This document shows positions 63,220 through 64,000 of a stretch of 64,000 nt of DNA, one piece after another (the first letter of the stretch is position 1; each line of letters starts with the position of its first letter). The stretch covers positions 18,540,001 through 18,604,000 of the forward strand of contig NC_058368.1 of the NCBI RefSeq assembly GCF_018350175.1, read 5' to 3'. The DNA is from Felis catus (taxonomy: Eukaryota). A program made the translations under genes and the position numbers. The notes below the pieces were generated by a model. That model did not search any database. It worked only from the letters and a program-made list of their open reading frames with translations, and was not told the DNA's origin.

Positions 63220-63912
63220 TATTTCCCCATTTAATAACTTTAGGAAGATAATCGATATACAATAAACTGCATATTTTTAAGCATATGTATGTTCTGTGGA
63301 ACCATCACCACATTCAAGGTGGTGAATGTACCCACAACCCCCACAAACCTTCCTCATGCCCCTTCATGATCACTCCACATCGACCCCGCCCCCAACTCCA
63401 GGCAAACCCTAATGTGCTTTCTGATTAGTTTATATTTTCTAAAATTTTATTTGGATGAACTTGCACAATATTTGTCTGTCTCTTTTTATTCACCATAATT
63501 ATTTTGAGATTCAGCCAGGCTGTTGCTCACTAGTATTCCATTTTATAGACATACCACAATTTATTTATCCATTCTCTTACGAATTGGACATTTGAGTTGT
63601 TTCCAGTTTGGGGCAATGACAAATAGAACAGCTGTAGATATTCATGTGTAAGTCTTACAGGGATATATGCTTTCAGTTCTGTTGGGTAAATACCTATACA
63701 GCTAGTTTAAGTGTATGTTTAACTTTTTGAGGCAACTATCAAGCTGTTTACCACAGTGGTTGTGGCATTTTCATTCCCAACAGGATTGTATAAGGTTTCA
63801 ACTCTTCCAAATCATCTTTAACATTTGGTATGGTCAGTCTTTAATTTTATCTAGTCTTATGGTTATGTAGTGATAGCAAATGGTGGTTATTTTACTAATG
63901 ATTAATGATGAC
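63220..63912 (-). mobile_element. L1MB-like 3' region, antisense
   Basis: ataccacaatttatttatccattc..tggacatttgagttgtttccagtttggggc; cattcccaacaggattgtataagg. Confidence 0.8.
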
Positions 63913-63939
63913 CTTCAACCCTGACCTCACATGGTACAT

Positions 63940-63940
<1 letters not shown>

Positions 63941-63977
<37 letters not shown>

Positions 63978-63983
63978 ACACAC
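63941..63983 (+). repeat. (CA)n microsatellite
   Basis: Direct reading. Confidence 0.95.
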
Positions 63984-64000
63984 CCATGCATGCAAGATGA

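Noticed and set aside
1..64000. CRISPR arrays, operons or other prokaryotic-type systems
   Set aside because: The window is mammalian repeat-rich DNA with no regularly spaced repeat-spacer array and no dense intact ORFs

Overview
Repeat-rich, apparently non-genic (intergenic or deep intronic) mammalian DNA from a cat-family (Felidae) genome, judged by about 28 tRNA-derived Can-SINEs of the feline type and a felid-type L1 3' end. I found no intact protein-coding gene; nearly all ORF-track entries are chance frames or translations of SINEs and microsatellites. Recognisable coding-derived remnants are: (1) an intronless, 5'-truncated, frameshifted SMU1 retrocopy at ~2463-3750, with a young SINE in its 3'UTR; (2) a heavily decayed Jerky (JRK)/Tigger-pogo-like transposase frame on the minus strand at ~55140-55890, missed by the ORF track; (3) a probable hAT transposase C-terminal fossil at ~21560-22230; and (4) antisense L1 ORF2 fragments. 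The rest is MaLR/ERVL/ERV1 solo LTRs, hAT and Tigger MITEs, L2/MIR relics and microsatellites. The SMU1 copy and a MER44 element show a marked AT-to-GC substitution skew, suggesting local GC-biased gene conversion. Repeat family names and reference protein sequences are recalled from memory and were not checked against any database. I see no convincing new multi-gene system.
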